In this document: positions 13,402-27,974 of the stretch, piece by piece
Numbering within the stretch: the stretch's first letter is position 1
Layout: every line of letters begins with the position of its first letter
Translations under genes and position numbers: made by a program
The notes under the pieces: model-generated
What the model saw: only the letters and a program-made list of their open reading frames with translations
Databases searched by the model: none
Told to the model about the DNA's origin: nothing
Source: Eledone cirrhosa
Lineage: Eukaryota
Length of the DNA: 64,000 bases
Assembly: GCA_964016885.1 (NCBI GenBank)
Contig: OZ024743.1
Coordinates: 119,598,001 to 119,662,000 of the forward strand
Reading direction: 5' to 3'

Positions 13402-13586
13402 AATTATTTCTACTTTGGGCACAAGGCCAGCAATTATCCCAGTGCATTACTGGTGCTTTATTTCATCGACCCCGTAACGATGAAAGGCAAAGCTAACCTC
13501 GGCGGGATTTGAACTCACAACATAAAGGGCCATAAATCTATGCTGCAAATAATGTTGTCTGACGCTCTACCGATACTGCCAATCCA
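13402..13586 (-). mobile_element. SINE family A
   Basis: Reverse-complement match to consensus. Confidence 0.85.
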
Positions 13587-13974
13587 CAAAGATGTCTCAT
13601 TTCGTTCTTGTTTCCACTTCGTGTTTGCTCATTGTGTATGGTGAGATTTCACTTCAATCCACGACCTGATTTGCAAATTTTCTGACAAACATGGCACTAG
13701 AACTGATTCTGTGCAACGATGTTTGAATAATCAACTTCGACTTTACCATCATGTGCTCGTTGGTGTGACTTAAAGCCACCATTCGAAAGGCACACGTTAG
13801 GGCACACAGAGGGCATTTGAAAGCCAACACTGAACAGCTCGGATCTAGCTGTCGATCCGGCCGGAGCTCAACCGTCGGGTTCCTGATTCTTTTCCTATTA
13901 CCCACTCTACTACCCTAAGTATCGAGTACTCTGCTGCATTATGATCCACCTGGCTCCTTACCACACCTTCTTTG

Positions 13975-14008
<34 letters not shown>

Positions 14009-14608
14009 GTTAATAAAAAAAAACAAAGCACATGCTGATATTAAATGAATTATTTATTGGATACTGGAAAGTCTTACACTTATTTCAATGCCTTATGTAA
14101 TCGGCCCACGAAATCTACATTATTACACAATAAATTATACCTCACTGATCGATATACAAGTATATAATGTATTTCTTCTGAGAAAATCAAAAGATATATA
14201 GGATATATAAATTAATTTGTTTTCATGAGAAATATTCTTTCAGTATTAATGTTCCTACTTATTTCGTAAGTTGTTCTGAGCCTATATTTTAACCTCAGAA
14301 TTTGAGTTGTCTCAGAAAGTGTGTTTTCGCACAGATTCAGAGTAATACCTCGGATAAAGACCCCACGTGCGTAGTTGATTTACAACTCCCATACGGTTGC
14401 CAGAAACATACATGTATGATAGGCCCATACAATTTAATGTTTGTGTATATAGATTTCGATAAGTATAGCTCGGCTCCATTTTGGTGTGCAAAATATATTG
14501 AAGAATACGAAATTTTGTGCGCGTGTGCACACACACACACATACACACACGCGCGCGCGCGCGCACATACACACAAACGCACATACGCGCGCGCACACAC
14601 ACACACAC

Positions 14609-14643
<35 letters not shown>

Positions 14644-14841
14644 TAACCTGATTAGTTCTTTCGTTACTTTGGTATTGTATGGTTGGGTTTTGCCTACCGC
14701 AATTTTCAATTTGTCAAGCTATTTAAACGTATGTTATTACTCTAAGGACCTACCCTTATTGAGTGTTTAGCTACTCATTCCTTATTGTAGGTCGACTTTG
14801 CTTGGCCACAGATAAAGCTTCGATTTTACTAAGCTTCCACT

Positions 14842-14907
<66 letters not shown>

Positions 14908-14910
<3 letters not shown>

Positions 14911-16050
14911 TAATAAAAATAATGAAATAAAAACAAAGAACAAGTTCCTTATATTAAAAAATTCATCATTTTACGATCGTTTCTAGGATGTATATGTGTG
15001 TTGGTATGTATATCATATAGATCTATGTAAAAATATTATAAATTATCAGAGGAAATATACATACCTTCACATATACATGCTGTCTTCAGAAATGATGAGA
15101 TTTGTTTATTGAAAAAAAACAACAAAGATTTAATATAAAAGGTCTGTTTGGGAACAGGTTTTGAATTGACCAATAGAAAAGTAGTTAGAGATCAAGTTGA
15201 TAGAATACTGGTAGTAGAAATTTAATTTAGGGGTAGAGGAGTGCAGACTTATGTTTTGAATGAAAAGAATACTTTGAATGAAAAGAATACTTTGGGGATG
15301 AAAAGAAGTCAAGCCAGTGAAGGGTACACGAAAATTTGATGTTATTAAAGAATAATGTTAAAAACGAAGGAAAATAAAATTTTAGGGTAAGGGTATTAGT
15401 GAGAAATACCAATCTTGTTTAAACCACAAGGAATCTAGATCTATAACAAGAAATTAAATTAATTGATAGGTATACTTATAAGGATAAATTTATATTAATT
15501 CACATGAATGTGATAAATAAGAATTAGATGTTATTAAAGAGTGTTGTTAAAATTTTGGGATAAGGGTAGTAGTGAGAAATACCAATCTTATATAAACTAC
15601 AAGGAATCTAGATTCATAACAGGAAATTAAATTAATTTATAGGTATACTTTTAGGTATTAATTTTAGGAAAAGAGAGCTGTAAGAGGGAAATAAAATTAC
15701 GAAGTTCTCTGTAGTTAACTAAATTTAAAAAACTAATTATAATAATATGTAAAATATAAGTGTAAGGTGTATATTAATTAGGTTTATAATATTTGAAGGT
15801 TCTTCTAATTCTATGATTGCAAGATATAATTAATTCCTGTCGCTTATTTAATAGGATATCCTAAAATTTCATGATTTCAAAAAGTTCGTGGGAGCATAAC
15901 CTACACTCGTATCTGTTATTTTGATAAGGGGTGACTCTTTTGAGCACACTCCATGTCAGGTTGCAATCGATATTCTATTTTTTATATTTATTAATTGTTT
16001 CAGCCAAGGATGTTGTATTAGCTAATGCGGCATTTTTAAAACACTACCGT
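14908..16050 (-). mobile_element. Decayed PLE 3' end (Neptune-like C-terminus, 3'UTR, HHR) ending at (TA)n
   Basis: Minus strand ~15860-15783 encodes DILLNKRQELIISCNHRIRRTFKYY, matching ILNKKSEAISACKHKLHKTFLYY of the ~32700 copy. Confidence 0.65.
14963..15098 (-). ncRNA. Hammerhead motif with ~100-nt stem II
   Basis: TCATCATTT|CTGAAGA|...ATGTATATGTG..GGTATGTATAT...ATATACATACC..CACATATACAT...|GAAA|CGATCG|TA|AAATGATGA; 9-bp stem I and palindromic stem III. Confidence 0.7.
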
Positions 16051-16279
16051 ATATTTTGGTAGATTTATCTATCTATATATATATATGAAACCGGTATTAA
16101 ATATATAAATAGATAAGTAAATGCCATTGTTAAATAATAAATAAATCAACTAATACCTTAACACTTCACACAAAGTAAAACATTTCGTTTTAATCATTTT
16201 CTAACCCAGAAAAAAGAGAAACAAAAAAGGAAAAAAATATATTTTTCTTCATAATAATCGTCTCTTTCTCCCTGTTTTC

Positions 16280-16339
<60 letters not shown>

Positions 16340-16344
<5 letters not shown>

Positions 16345-16551
16345 TTGCAAGGTTTTTGATATGAGAGTGTGTGTCGAAACAAATATTGTTACGGTATACT
16401 TGGGGAGAGTCATATCGTTGTAATAATATTGCCAGAAATAATAAAACAGCACACTCCCTGTTTGGTTGGTTTTCGCTTCTGCATCATTTATATCTCCATA
16501 GTTAATTTATTTGACAATCAATGTTTATTATTGACTGACCAACGGTTAAAA

Positions 16552-16592
<41 letters not shown>

Positions 16593-16834
16593 ATATATAT
16601 AGTGAGACTATAAATATATATATATAGACTATAAATATATATATATATATAGTCTATATATATATATATTTATATATATTTTAAACCGTTGTTCAGTCAA
16701 TGATAAACATTGATTGCCAAATAAATTAACTATGGAGATATAAATGATGCAGAAGTGAAAAACAACCAAACAGTGAGTGTGCTCTGTTATTATTTCTGGC
16801 AATATTATTACAACAATATGACCCTCCCTAAGTA

Positions 16835-16840
<6 letters not shown>
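16340..16840. mobile_element. Inverted pair of pLTR/ORF-start fragments related to the intact PLE
   Basis: 16340-16555 (-) and 16680-16838 (+) both match the 5'UTR and MTLPKY ORF start of the PLE (ORF starts at 38813 and 39909); each ends in (TA)n. Confidence 0.8.
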
Positions 16841-16875
<35 letters not shown>

Positions 16876-18691
16876 CTTCAGTAAAAATCTCAATTTGCAG
16901 GGTTATAAGCTAGTTCGGTTAAAATAAGTCGGTGTTACTTATATAGTTCCGCGACCATCGTTTCTGGAACTCAAGAAACAACATGAATCATTCAAAGATA
17001 TTGGAATAACCAATATTGGAAGAATTGTTGTTCCTTCATCAGGAGATGAATTCTTACTTATACTCAACACAAGTTGAGTATATATCATACATACGATGAT
17101 GTTGCCAGACCACATGCTGAACAATGTGTTGCATTACTGAATTACTATATGAATATATCCCATTCAATGTATTAGGACAATACTACGGGCTAATATTGAC
17201 ACTGGAAATAGCAGCCAAAATCGTCTAAATCAGCTCAACAATAATGGAGCAGTTAATATCAATTATATATATATGATGATGATGGTGATGATGATGATGG
17301 CTACATTTCGAATAATGCCATCGCAATATCATGCATCGCAAAAAAGGTCACATATCAAGCTATGCCTATGATTGAAGCTTTTTTAAGTGAAGAAAGGCTT
17401 TGCATGGGGCTAATCCCACTCTCTGAACATCGTATGTATTTGCCACAAAAGAAGAACTGGTCTAGATCATTGGATGCAAACGAAGTCGCGGGTTTTATAT
17501 CAGAGTGACCTTCTCCTAGAGAGATGTCTTAATGAAGACATACATACAAACAAAATAATGTAAATGAGTTAATAATACAGCAATATAACGGCAAAGAATA
17601 TTTTAAAGAACAATGTGATTTTATAGTCAATAGCAAGATAGGTAAGAGACATTTCGGCGTTTAACGTTTTCCCGAGGGTCGACTGAAAACTTCATTGGTT
17701 GACCAACATACTTTTCAGCTTAGTCCCTGGAAAAAGCAATGCAGTTATTAGTAAGAAGAGTTGAATTTAATATATGCAACCAGCAACCTGATAGAAACAT
17801 TGTGGCATGTTTGACTTAATCTTAATGAATGATATTTGACAAAACAGAAATTGCGTGGAAGCCTTCTGGAATTATCATACTGTCATTAATGAGAATGATA
17901 GATCTAGATTATGCAGTACTTCTATTTATACGTACGGTTTGGGCTGATGAATGTTGTCTAAGATTGGAGAAAGTTGAAATTTGTTTAAACAATGTGCTTT
18001 CCTGACCTGTAATTCGGAGTTGTGTAAAGTTGTTTTAGTAATCATTTCTTTATTATCCCCGACAAAAATCTCCAGTAGGTAGGTTAGTATTTGACAAAAT
18101 TATATACTTTCGTTGTTTTTTGTTTTTTTAATGCATCATTTTTATTCCACTATGGCGGTGCCCCATCATGGCCTTAGCCTGTCAGCTGCAACTCGTAATA
18201 GATTAATAGAGTAATAAAGAAAAATTCATTTGATGGACGAAGAAAAGCAAACCACTTTCCCCAGCTTTTGGAAGCATAGAACAGCTCGCAGAGTACATAA
18301 CACTGCAGTACAATCCGAATAGCACCTCGATGACGAAAAGTTGCACAAGAAACACATTATATCAGAGCAGAATTGATAATTATCTTGATAGCGTGTATTT
18401 CGGACAATAATTTGCTTATATATCCCTAAACATATATTAGATTATAGTTTCATGTAACTTTATGAGTTCCGAGTTCTATTCCCGCCGAGTTCAACTTTGC
18501 CTTTCACCATTCCAAGGTCAATAAAATAAAGTTCTAGTTAAGTACTGGCCTCGTTAAATCGATTCCCCCAGATTGTTGGCCTTGTGCCAATGCTAGAAAA
18601 AATATATTATTCAGGTTCTACTTTATGCATTCAGTATCCTAAATGAATATAACAGATATATTCAAAGGCACACACACACACATACACACAC

Positions 18692-18722
<31 letters not shown>

Positions 18723-18743
18723 CATATATATATACATACATAC

Positions 18744-18912
<169 letters not shown>

Positions 18913-19239
18913 CATATATGTATATTGGTGGCTAAAACACGGGAGGTAATATCTGAATTTGTAGACCACTCAATCCAAAGGACGAGTTCTGTATAGTGTT
19001 AGTGCAACAAGAAATTAGCAAACCATAGTCAAGAATTCGTGTTTCACCCGAAAGATGTTTCAACTCGTGTATGATTATAGTGAGAAGGGAAGTATATATG
19101 AGCTGGCTGGAGTCTGCGCTCCAGATGCCGGTAGTTGAATGATAAGTGAGACAGCTCAATTAGACTATTGTAGGGAGGACAACTTTTGAGAACGATCGTT
19201 TGTGGTAGTTCAGTCCGGGTTAAACTTCTGGTTATCCTG

Positions 19240-19870
19240 GGTCCTTCCAGTTATGTAATAGAAACACTGCAGCATGGGGGCAGCGATTAATAAAATCGGC
19301 TCTCGTTTTAAGGCAAGTATTGTTACGTAACTCCTGCAAGATATTTACTCTTTCATCGATGCACAAATTACCGGACACCACTCTATTTCCGTATGGCCTC
19401 GATTAGGTGAGAATGTTCCGTTGAATGGAGAAATACACGTCTACATATTTTAGTGGCCATACGTGGCTTGCCAGCTTCGTGGACGATCGTTTATTAGAGT
19501 CTCTGAAAGTCATCCGATGGTTAAGGAAGCGTTCTTTAATACGGCCCTCTGATATGCCTACATATGTTTTGACCTCCTGCTGTTGATTCGGTCGAGTGGA
19601 TGTAACTTCAGCCTCATAAACGACTGCGGACGTGTTGCACTGTTGTTGAAGAGGGCATAATTCCGGCTCTCTGCAAGAGCATCCGGGTGATGGAGAGCTC
19701 TTGGTGTTGGTGATGTGACTTTAGCACAGGAATATCCGAGTTTCAACCTGTATCTATTAAATAACAATGTGCATTTATAGCCTATAGCGGAGTGCTTATT
19801 TCGGAGCGCTAAGAATATCTAACCTACATTAGCAAGAAGGGTGGGCGAAATTTTAAAAATATAGGTACGG
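19240..19870 (-). pseudogene. Decayed PLE GIY-YIG endonuclease region (Neptune-like)
   Basis: FNRYRLKLGYSC ... CSCREPELCPLQQQCNTSAVVYEAEV...TYVGISEGRIKERFLNHRMTF...NLCIDERVNIL...KTRADFINRCPH. Confidence 0.8.
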
Positions 19871-21166
19871 AATAAGTATTATACTTACATGGCCACTGAG
19901 TTTTTACAAGGCCTATATGACATCTCATGCAGCAAAATTCCACTGTTGATTAACATCGATATATGGTGAAGCCAAAACCTGTAATCTTCAGTAGACATCT
20001 TGAAATTTTTGAAAAATATTAGTTCCTAGAAAACGAGAAGCCAGCTATTGTTCAGCCCACATGTAGAATAAAACTAAAATTATAACGTTTGATAGGATGA
20101 AAGTGGTAAATATTAACGCTAGAAATAGTTCAAACACTAACACACAAAACACTGCGCGACCAAGGTAGGAGATTAAATATCAAAAGAGATCGATATATAA
20201 TATATAACGGTCTTGTCGCTCTATGATAGCCCTATATGAGAATCAGAGTTAAAAATCCCAGAACTCAGAACTTTGCACACCTCTAATATCACAGGGAACC
20301 AGATCAGAGAACAATCTAATTAGGTTAAAAAAAAAAAATACAGACAGAGTAAGTGTTATTAATACTCACATAGTCACCAAGTTTTTACAAGGCCTATATG
20401 GTACCATTTCAGGCAGCAAAAATCTTCAGCATCCACCGTTGATTATATCTGGAAACCCAGGTGTAGAACCCTAGCATGATTGGATAACATCCATGAGCTT
20501 TGCTGGTCTCGCTTGGGGATCCAACTGTATCAATTAAGAGTCAGTTGCTTTTGACAGGAGCACCCGGAAGGTATGCTTGAGCACTCTGACCCCATGATCC
20601 ACCTCGGACTGTTGATGGCTACATACATATATACATATAAATTTACTATCAATCTATCAACCATAGTTATATCGCACCCGCACATGTATATATATATATA
20701 TATATGTACATACTATAAATACAGAGATAGAGACAGAGGTAGGGAGATCTAAAATGGTTGATAGATTGATAGTAATATCCATTGACATTCACTTCACATA
20801 TCCGACCACACCATTCAGCTTTATATATTTAACGACTTTACATATACTCTGTTGTCACCTATACTTTTCTCATCATCAAACGTCGGTGGAATTTCGTCGT
20901 TTTTTCATGTGGAGCTGTGGTGTCTACCTTTAATATCCTACCAATGAGTTTACAACGAAGCTACTGTCTCCACAACCACTTACACGCACCCATCCCCAAC
21001 CGTACACACAGTTATATAAACACACACACAAATTAACCATCGACCTAAACATACGCCAAGGGTTGACGTGTATTGTGCGAGTTGTTAAGACGAAGCGATT
21101 GTCAATCCCACCACATAGACACTTTCTGTCCTATCACCCTCTTTCTCCCTTCCCCTTTTGTCTCTC

Positions 21167-21280
<114 letters not shown>

Positions 21281-21341
21281 TTTATATATATATATTTAAG
21301 CTTGTTGAATCCCAACAAATTAAATATAACCTCTCTCTCTC

Positions 21342-21375
<34 letters not shown>

Positions 21376-21651
21376 TACTAATCTACCCATCTATTTATTA
21401 TATCTATACCTCCAATTCTCTCTCTATGTATGTATCTCCCTCCCTATATCTTCCTTTGTCTCTCCCCCTCTCTCACACTCTCTCTCTATTTCTTTTGTAC
21501 TCTCTTTCTTCCCTCACTAAATCAGCCTATGTAATTCTCTCTCAATTTGATGGAATGTGCTGATTCATTTAGACTATTTCGCTGTTACTGTTCGGTTCGA
21601 ACAGGGTTGTGCTTGTGCGCATGTATGTATATGATTGTGTGTTTATGTGTG

Positions 21652-21683
<32 letters not shown>

Positions 21684-21686
21684 TGC

Positions 21687-21729
<43 letters not shown>

Positions 21730-21730
21730 C

Positions 21731-21839
<109 letters not shown>

Positions 21840-22313
21840 CGTGTGTGTGTGCGTGTGTGCGTGTGCGTGTGTGTGTGTGTCCATGGCTTTGTATGTATAT
21901 GTGTGTGACTGCTCCTGTCTGTGTGTATGTGTTTGATGTCTGTGAATATTTCTATATATGCGCGATTATGTGCCTGTGTTTGTCTCTATATATCTGTATT
22001 TGATGCAAGTAATAGTTTTGCAGTGAATAAGGCAGAACATCGGGTAGAATACCTTCTTGGATATGTTCCGGTCATCTGTACTCTGAGTTCAAATCCTGCT
22101 GAGGTGAAATTCGCCTTGTTTCCGTTCATGATCGATAAAAACAATAGTACCAGTTCATGGTTGTAGATTGGCGAAATACTTATAACATCCTGCGAGATAC
22201 CTTGCGGTAACTGTCCCAACACTCTGAGTTAGGAAATCAAGTTCTGCCTGCTTATTCAAATCCTACAAAATGGCAACTGATTATGAGAGCTGCAATAGGA
22301 GGAGAATTCTGGC

Positions 22314-22477
22314 CAGTGCCGGATTTAGGACAAATGAGGCCCTATGGTAGTTAAGTTATGAGGGCCCAACATTTGAAAAATTCATCGTAAACATTTTTTG
22401 TGGGAGAAAGATGGGCTCCCTGGCCAACGGGGCCCTGTGCATAAGCACACCTAAGCACAATGGTAAATCCAGCACTG
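22314..22477. mobile_element. hAT-type MITE
   Basis: TIRs CAGTGCCGGATTTA / TAAATCCAGCACTG; imperfect 8-bp TSD ATTCTGGC/ATTGTGGT. Confidence 0.65.
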
Positions 22478-22917
22478 ATTGTGGTCGTCTACAACTGCAG
22501 TCGACCGATGATGATGATGTTATATGTGTATACACAGATATTTATATCTACTCTAATGTGCTTGTGAGTGTGTGCTCGCGTGGGTGAGGGTGTTTGTGCG
22601 CGTGGGTGTATTAGTGTATGTGCACATTTAGTGGAAGAGCTCACCTTCCTCATCTTAGCTAAACTGAATAAAACTAAATATTGTTATTGTTACTTTTGTA
22701 CAAACATTTGTGGAATTACAAAGCAAAAAAAAAAAAAGAACTGAAACAAAATAAAATAAAATAAATATAGATAAGAAAAAAAACGAACAAATAAAGATAG
22801 GTAGATTAAAATTAATGATGTGAAGGTATTCTATAGATATTTACCTGCGAATACTATAAAATAGATGTAGATATAGCGATAACTATTTTCTAGTTGTAAT
22901 ACTATACAAAGTATGTT

Positions 22918-23000
<83 letters not shown>

Positions 23001-23019
23001 TATATGTGTGTATGTCTAT

Positions 23020-23268
23020 GTGTGTGACTGAATACACATGTGTGTTATTCTTATCCTCAGTTTGTTTTCTCATTTCCCCCGTTCTTTCTTCTCATCTTCC
23101 TTTACTTTCTATTTATCTTCTATTTCTAACTCTATCTTCTGACGAAGGACTAGTGTTCGAAACGTTACGGCTCTCTCCCTGCTATTTTAAGCGTTAAACT
23201 AATATATTTCTTCCGTGTACTACGCCGTTTGGTTTGTTATTTTTGTTATTTCTGTTTACCTTTTACAC
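23020..23268 (+). mobile_element. Short HHR-bearing repeat, same family as 160-560
   Basis: CTGACGA-A-GGAC-TAGT-GTTC-GAAA-CGTTA at 23139-23167 (minimal HHR, palindromic AACGTT stem III, weak stem I); 3' end TATTTCTGTTTACCTTTTACA; microsatellite flanks. Confidence 0.6.
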
Positions 23269-23278
23269 ACACACATCC

Positions 23279-23346
<68 letters not shown>

Positions 23347-23351
23347 GTGCG

Positions 23352-23480
<129 letters not shown>

Positions 23481-23849
23481 CTGTAAATATACATATACAT
23501 GTATATGCACATGTTCATACGTGCTCCGGCCTAAATACGCACGCACACACAAACACATGCGCGCTAACATATTCAAAGATAACTTCTAGGGGTCAAATAA
23601 AAAAAAAACCACAGGCAAGAAATCTTTATTACCATTTTGAGGATTTCTTATTCTAATTAATTCAAAATATCATATTCCATAATGTTATAAATAACTTCCA
23701 TGTGAATTTTAACATTACTATGTTTGAGATCAAGAAATATAACCGAAGTTATTTTCAAAAATACCTACGCTTCATTGATCATGCAATTTATTATATATTC
23801 GACTATTGTATTTAAGACCTACAAAAATGAAATGCAATACTCTTCACCG

Positions 23850-24800
23850 AATTAACAAACAAGGGTGACGTATTACACAAGATCGACAAAATGGACCACA
23901 GATTTGAACACTCATATCTAGACAATTATATTCTATATTTAAAAGTGATGAACCTAATTTAGTCTATACGCCCTGCGATAGCCAAATGAATCCCAGGACG
24001 ACTGACACAGAAAATATAAGGAAACATTTCAGATTATCTATGAACGTAAGAACGTATTATATTATTTTTTAATGTGCAGTCATTGAGTGGCTTAAATCTT
24101 TTCCTAGTAAACGCATTTCTAAATACCAGCAATTGAACGTTAATTCATTCTAGATCTCCGTCACTTAACTCTTTGCAAGCTCCATTACAAACATCACTGA
24201 TAAGGAAATTTAAATTATTTTACAAACCACAAAACTCTTGCGAACAATGATGGATCAATTTCGATTCAAAACATTCAAGTATGGAATCCATTATTATCGC
24301 AGAAATAAGTGATCTAATCGGCTTATTACTCTTATATAATTTTGTATTCTTTATCCCCACTCACTGAAGGGGATTTATACCGAGACGATATATGTTTAGC
24401 TCCTTATAGCTTAAATCCAGAGGATAGTGTCCGATATCCTTAAAAAATGTGACTATTCAATTCCAATAAAGATTAAACTCCTTGGAATTTCTCAAAATCT
24501 AACTAATCTTCTGTACTACTCATATCAAAAATCTAATAAAACTTGGAATTACATCTACAAATATTCTAGCAGCCCCACAATATTATCAACTTCTCAGTTA
24601 AAAATAGTATTTTAGCTAATAAACAAATGTTTACACATTCTTAAACATATTGCAACTAAATATATCCAGAAGAGGAAAGATGAAGTACATCAAAAATACG
24701 ATCAAGAATTAACCAGGTCAGCTAACTAAAGAAAAAGAAATTGGAATAGTAATATAAGTTGGTTTAGTCTTCCGCTTAATCTAACAGCCGATATATCCCT
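23850..24800 (+). pseudogene. Heavily decayed PLE RT (Neptune-like)
   Basis: Collinear peptides VIEWLKSFPSK, AEISDLIGLLLLY, (G)DLYRDD, NKTWNYIYKYSSSP and NISWFSLPLN align with the 33121-34050 RT. Confidence 0.7.
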
Positions 24801-24977
24801 TTCCGAAAATGTCTTTAAACTGTATAAGAAATAAGAAATACGACTGAACTCTTACATACCAACATACTTATATATTTGTGTATGCATAGATATGTGCATA
24901 ACAGCGTTCTCCTTCCATTGGAAACGAAGGAAAGTATTTACGTATCAAGTTTGAATCTTATTATTTCCAGAGACAAG

Positions 24978-25190
24978 GGCGGTGGATTGGCAGTATAAGG
25001 TTGGACGCCATGCTTTGCAGCATAGAGTTATGGCCTTTATGATTTGAGTTCAAATCCCGCCTAGGTTAACTTTGCCTTTCATCCTTACGGGGTCGATAAA
25101 ATAAAGTACCAGTCACGCACTGGGGTCGATTTAATCGACTTTCCCCTTCCCCAAAATTGATGGCCTTGTGCCTATATAAGAAACCATTAT
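24978..25190 (+). mobile_element. SINE family A (long 3' form)
   Basis: A and B boxes; 3' GGCCTTGTGCCTATATAAGAAACCATTATT. Confidence 0.88.
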
Positions 25191-25328
25191 TTCCAAAGAC
25201 ATAATTGAATTCTACAACACATATTATGTGGTGTCATTGGGTATGACATTTTATTTACCTCAGTTTAAATTGTGTCTAGTGGATGAGCTATCTGCAATGG
25301 TTTACTAACAGCTCAGGAGAGAGATAAT

Positions 25329-25349
25329 CTTCTTCTTCTTCTTCTTCTT

Positions 25350-25380
<31 letters not shown>

Positions 25381-25690
25381 GGAGAATCGTGGGGACAGAG
25401 TCATCAAACATTCCTACCAGCGGGTTCTGTTGAAAGCAACTTTTTCCAAATGATCCAGCTTTATCCCCAAGTGAGACCAGCCGAGCTCATGGATTTTATA
25501 TACCCATCTTACTCGGGGCCAAACATTGAATCTCCTGCCGGTTGTTTGTGCCCTTAAAAGCTGTTCAGCAATTCTTTCCTGAGACATTCTAACCACATGC
25601 AAGTCGTATCGGAGCTGTGGTCTCTCAATTCGGATAAGTAGTAGCTCTAACTGAAGTTCTCCGAGCTACGCACTCTGTCGAGTAGATTTA
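25329..25690 (-). mobile_element. RTE-like LINE 3' fragment with (GAA)n tail
   Basis: HVVRMSQERIAEQLLRAQTTGRRFNVWPRVRW...AFNRTRW resembles an RTE C-terminus; (TTC)n at 25329-25379. Confidence 0.6.
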
Positions 25691-26022
25691 CTCTAGAGAC
25701 ATATATATCTACACATGGCTTCCTGCTTCATCCAGCGTTGATATCCTCCCACCCCACCCTGATCCAAGCTACCCTCACCTGCGGCGCCTGTGAAACTGAC
25801 TGTGTAACAGCCCTCTCACTCACCCACATACCTCCCAACACCCGCCTTCCTTTCCATCTCACATATCACCCCATCACTCTACCTCTCCGGCGACATATTG
25901 TCCGGGAAGAGATTCTTAAACTAATATATTCCTTACATGTACCGTGCCGTTTGTTTTGTTATTTCCGTTATTTCTGTTTACCTTTTACATACATATAGTT
26001 ACACACATATATGCCTATATAT

Positions 26023-26062
<40 letters not shown>

Positions 26063-26083
26063 ATATATATTTATGTATTTATG

Positions 26084-26130
<47 letters not shown>

Positions 26131-26149
26131 TATATATATGTGTGTGTGT

Positions 26150-26230
<81 letters not shown>

Positions 26231-26245
26231 CATATATATATATAC

Positions 26246-26315
<70 letters not shown>

Positions 26316-26516
26316 AAAAAGAGATGAAACCGAAAATGCAACTGGAGTCTTATTTTTTTTTTAAATATATATATTTACCAATTGGAACCAAATAAACATA
26401 TATATTTTTTTTAAAAATAAGACTCCAGTTGCATTTTCGATTTTATCTCTTTTTCTTTATACTTTCACTCGTGTAGGACACCTCGGTTATTTTTCATTTT
26501 GTAAAAAAAACCTCAC

Positions 26517-26599
<83 letters not shown>

Positions 26600-26708
26600 A
26601 CAAGAGATATCAACATACAAGGGAAATTTAATGTTTTCTGTTATAGATATTTATTGTTGAAGCAAATTTATGTTGTTACTCTTATTTTAATCATTGTCAT
26701 AATTATAC

Positions 26709-26790
<82 letters not shown>
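26709..26790. repeat. (AGT)n microsatellite
   Basis: About 27 perfect AGT units. Confidence 0.95.
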
Positions 26791-27594
26791 AGCTTTGGCT
26801 CGACTTAAGGGAGACAACTACTGTATTTCGCCGTAAGTCACTCACCTGTTCTGTCGCCCATTTACCTGGATGTCGCTTGTTCGTGTGCGTGATAGAATTA
26901 ATTCAGGTATAACGCTATCGTGTTGAAAGCTTGTTTACATTTAGTACTTGACAGGCTATTAATAATTATTTAATATTTTAGGCAGTTGTTTGTAGATGAT
27001 AATACATGTTTCAAACCTTATGTAATCATGTGAGACAAGAAGGGGAAAAATGAACCAGGTGATCAGTTAACACGGGGCCAGAGTTTTGAAAGAACTACTC
27101 CCCTCCCTCTGCTCGAGTCTTTTAATTCTGTTTATTTTTTGTTTTTTGTTTTGGGGGGGTTTTTTGTAAGTACATTACAGACATGCCAAACCCTAGAAAC
27201 CCAAACGGGAAGTACCATGAAAAAGAAATGCCCCAAACGGGTAGAAATGAGGCAAAATGGTGAGATTATACAGAATGAAAGCTATACCCATTTTCACAAG
27301 AGAAGACATCTCTCTCCCACCCACTTGGGGCTGGGAGGTCTGCATGCATATATAGTAAACTGTGTGTTAATATATTCCTTTAGTACTAATTAATGAAATA
27401 ACGAACGAACTTTGTAAAATAGGGCCTATATTTTACAGTAACCGCTTTGCACGGGTTTACAGCAATTTAATAATTAAATGCTACATATTAATATTTATAC
27501 AAATTTACGTTCATTACAAAACATTCCCAAGCACACTCATAAACACACATGTATATATATATATATAGGTATATACATATATATATATATATAC

Positions 27595-27699
<105 letters not shown>

Positions 27700-27885
27700 G
27701 GGGGAGAGAAAGAAGAGGAGAGTGAGAGAGAGGGATGTAAGATCCCGACCGTGACGCCAAGCGGTCGGGATTTTACATCTTTCTATACCCACTCTTCATC
27801 TCGCCATGCATAGTATATTAGCAACGCGAGACCAATGGAAACATTGTTTCATCGGTCCGATTTGACGAAAGTCAATCGACTGTCG

Positions 27886-27974
<89 letters not shown>

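Noticed and set aside
16947-17077. Possible terminal host exon (PRPSFLELKKQHESFKDIGITNIGRIVVPSSGDEFLLILNTS*)
   Set aside because: Weak splice acceptor, no recognisable homology and no partner exons; needs RNA-seq
27734-27779. 18-bp hairpin as a terminator or miRNA
   Set aside because: Sits between (GA)n and a SINE fragment, probably a repeat rearrangement; no further support
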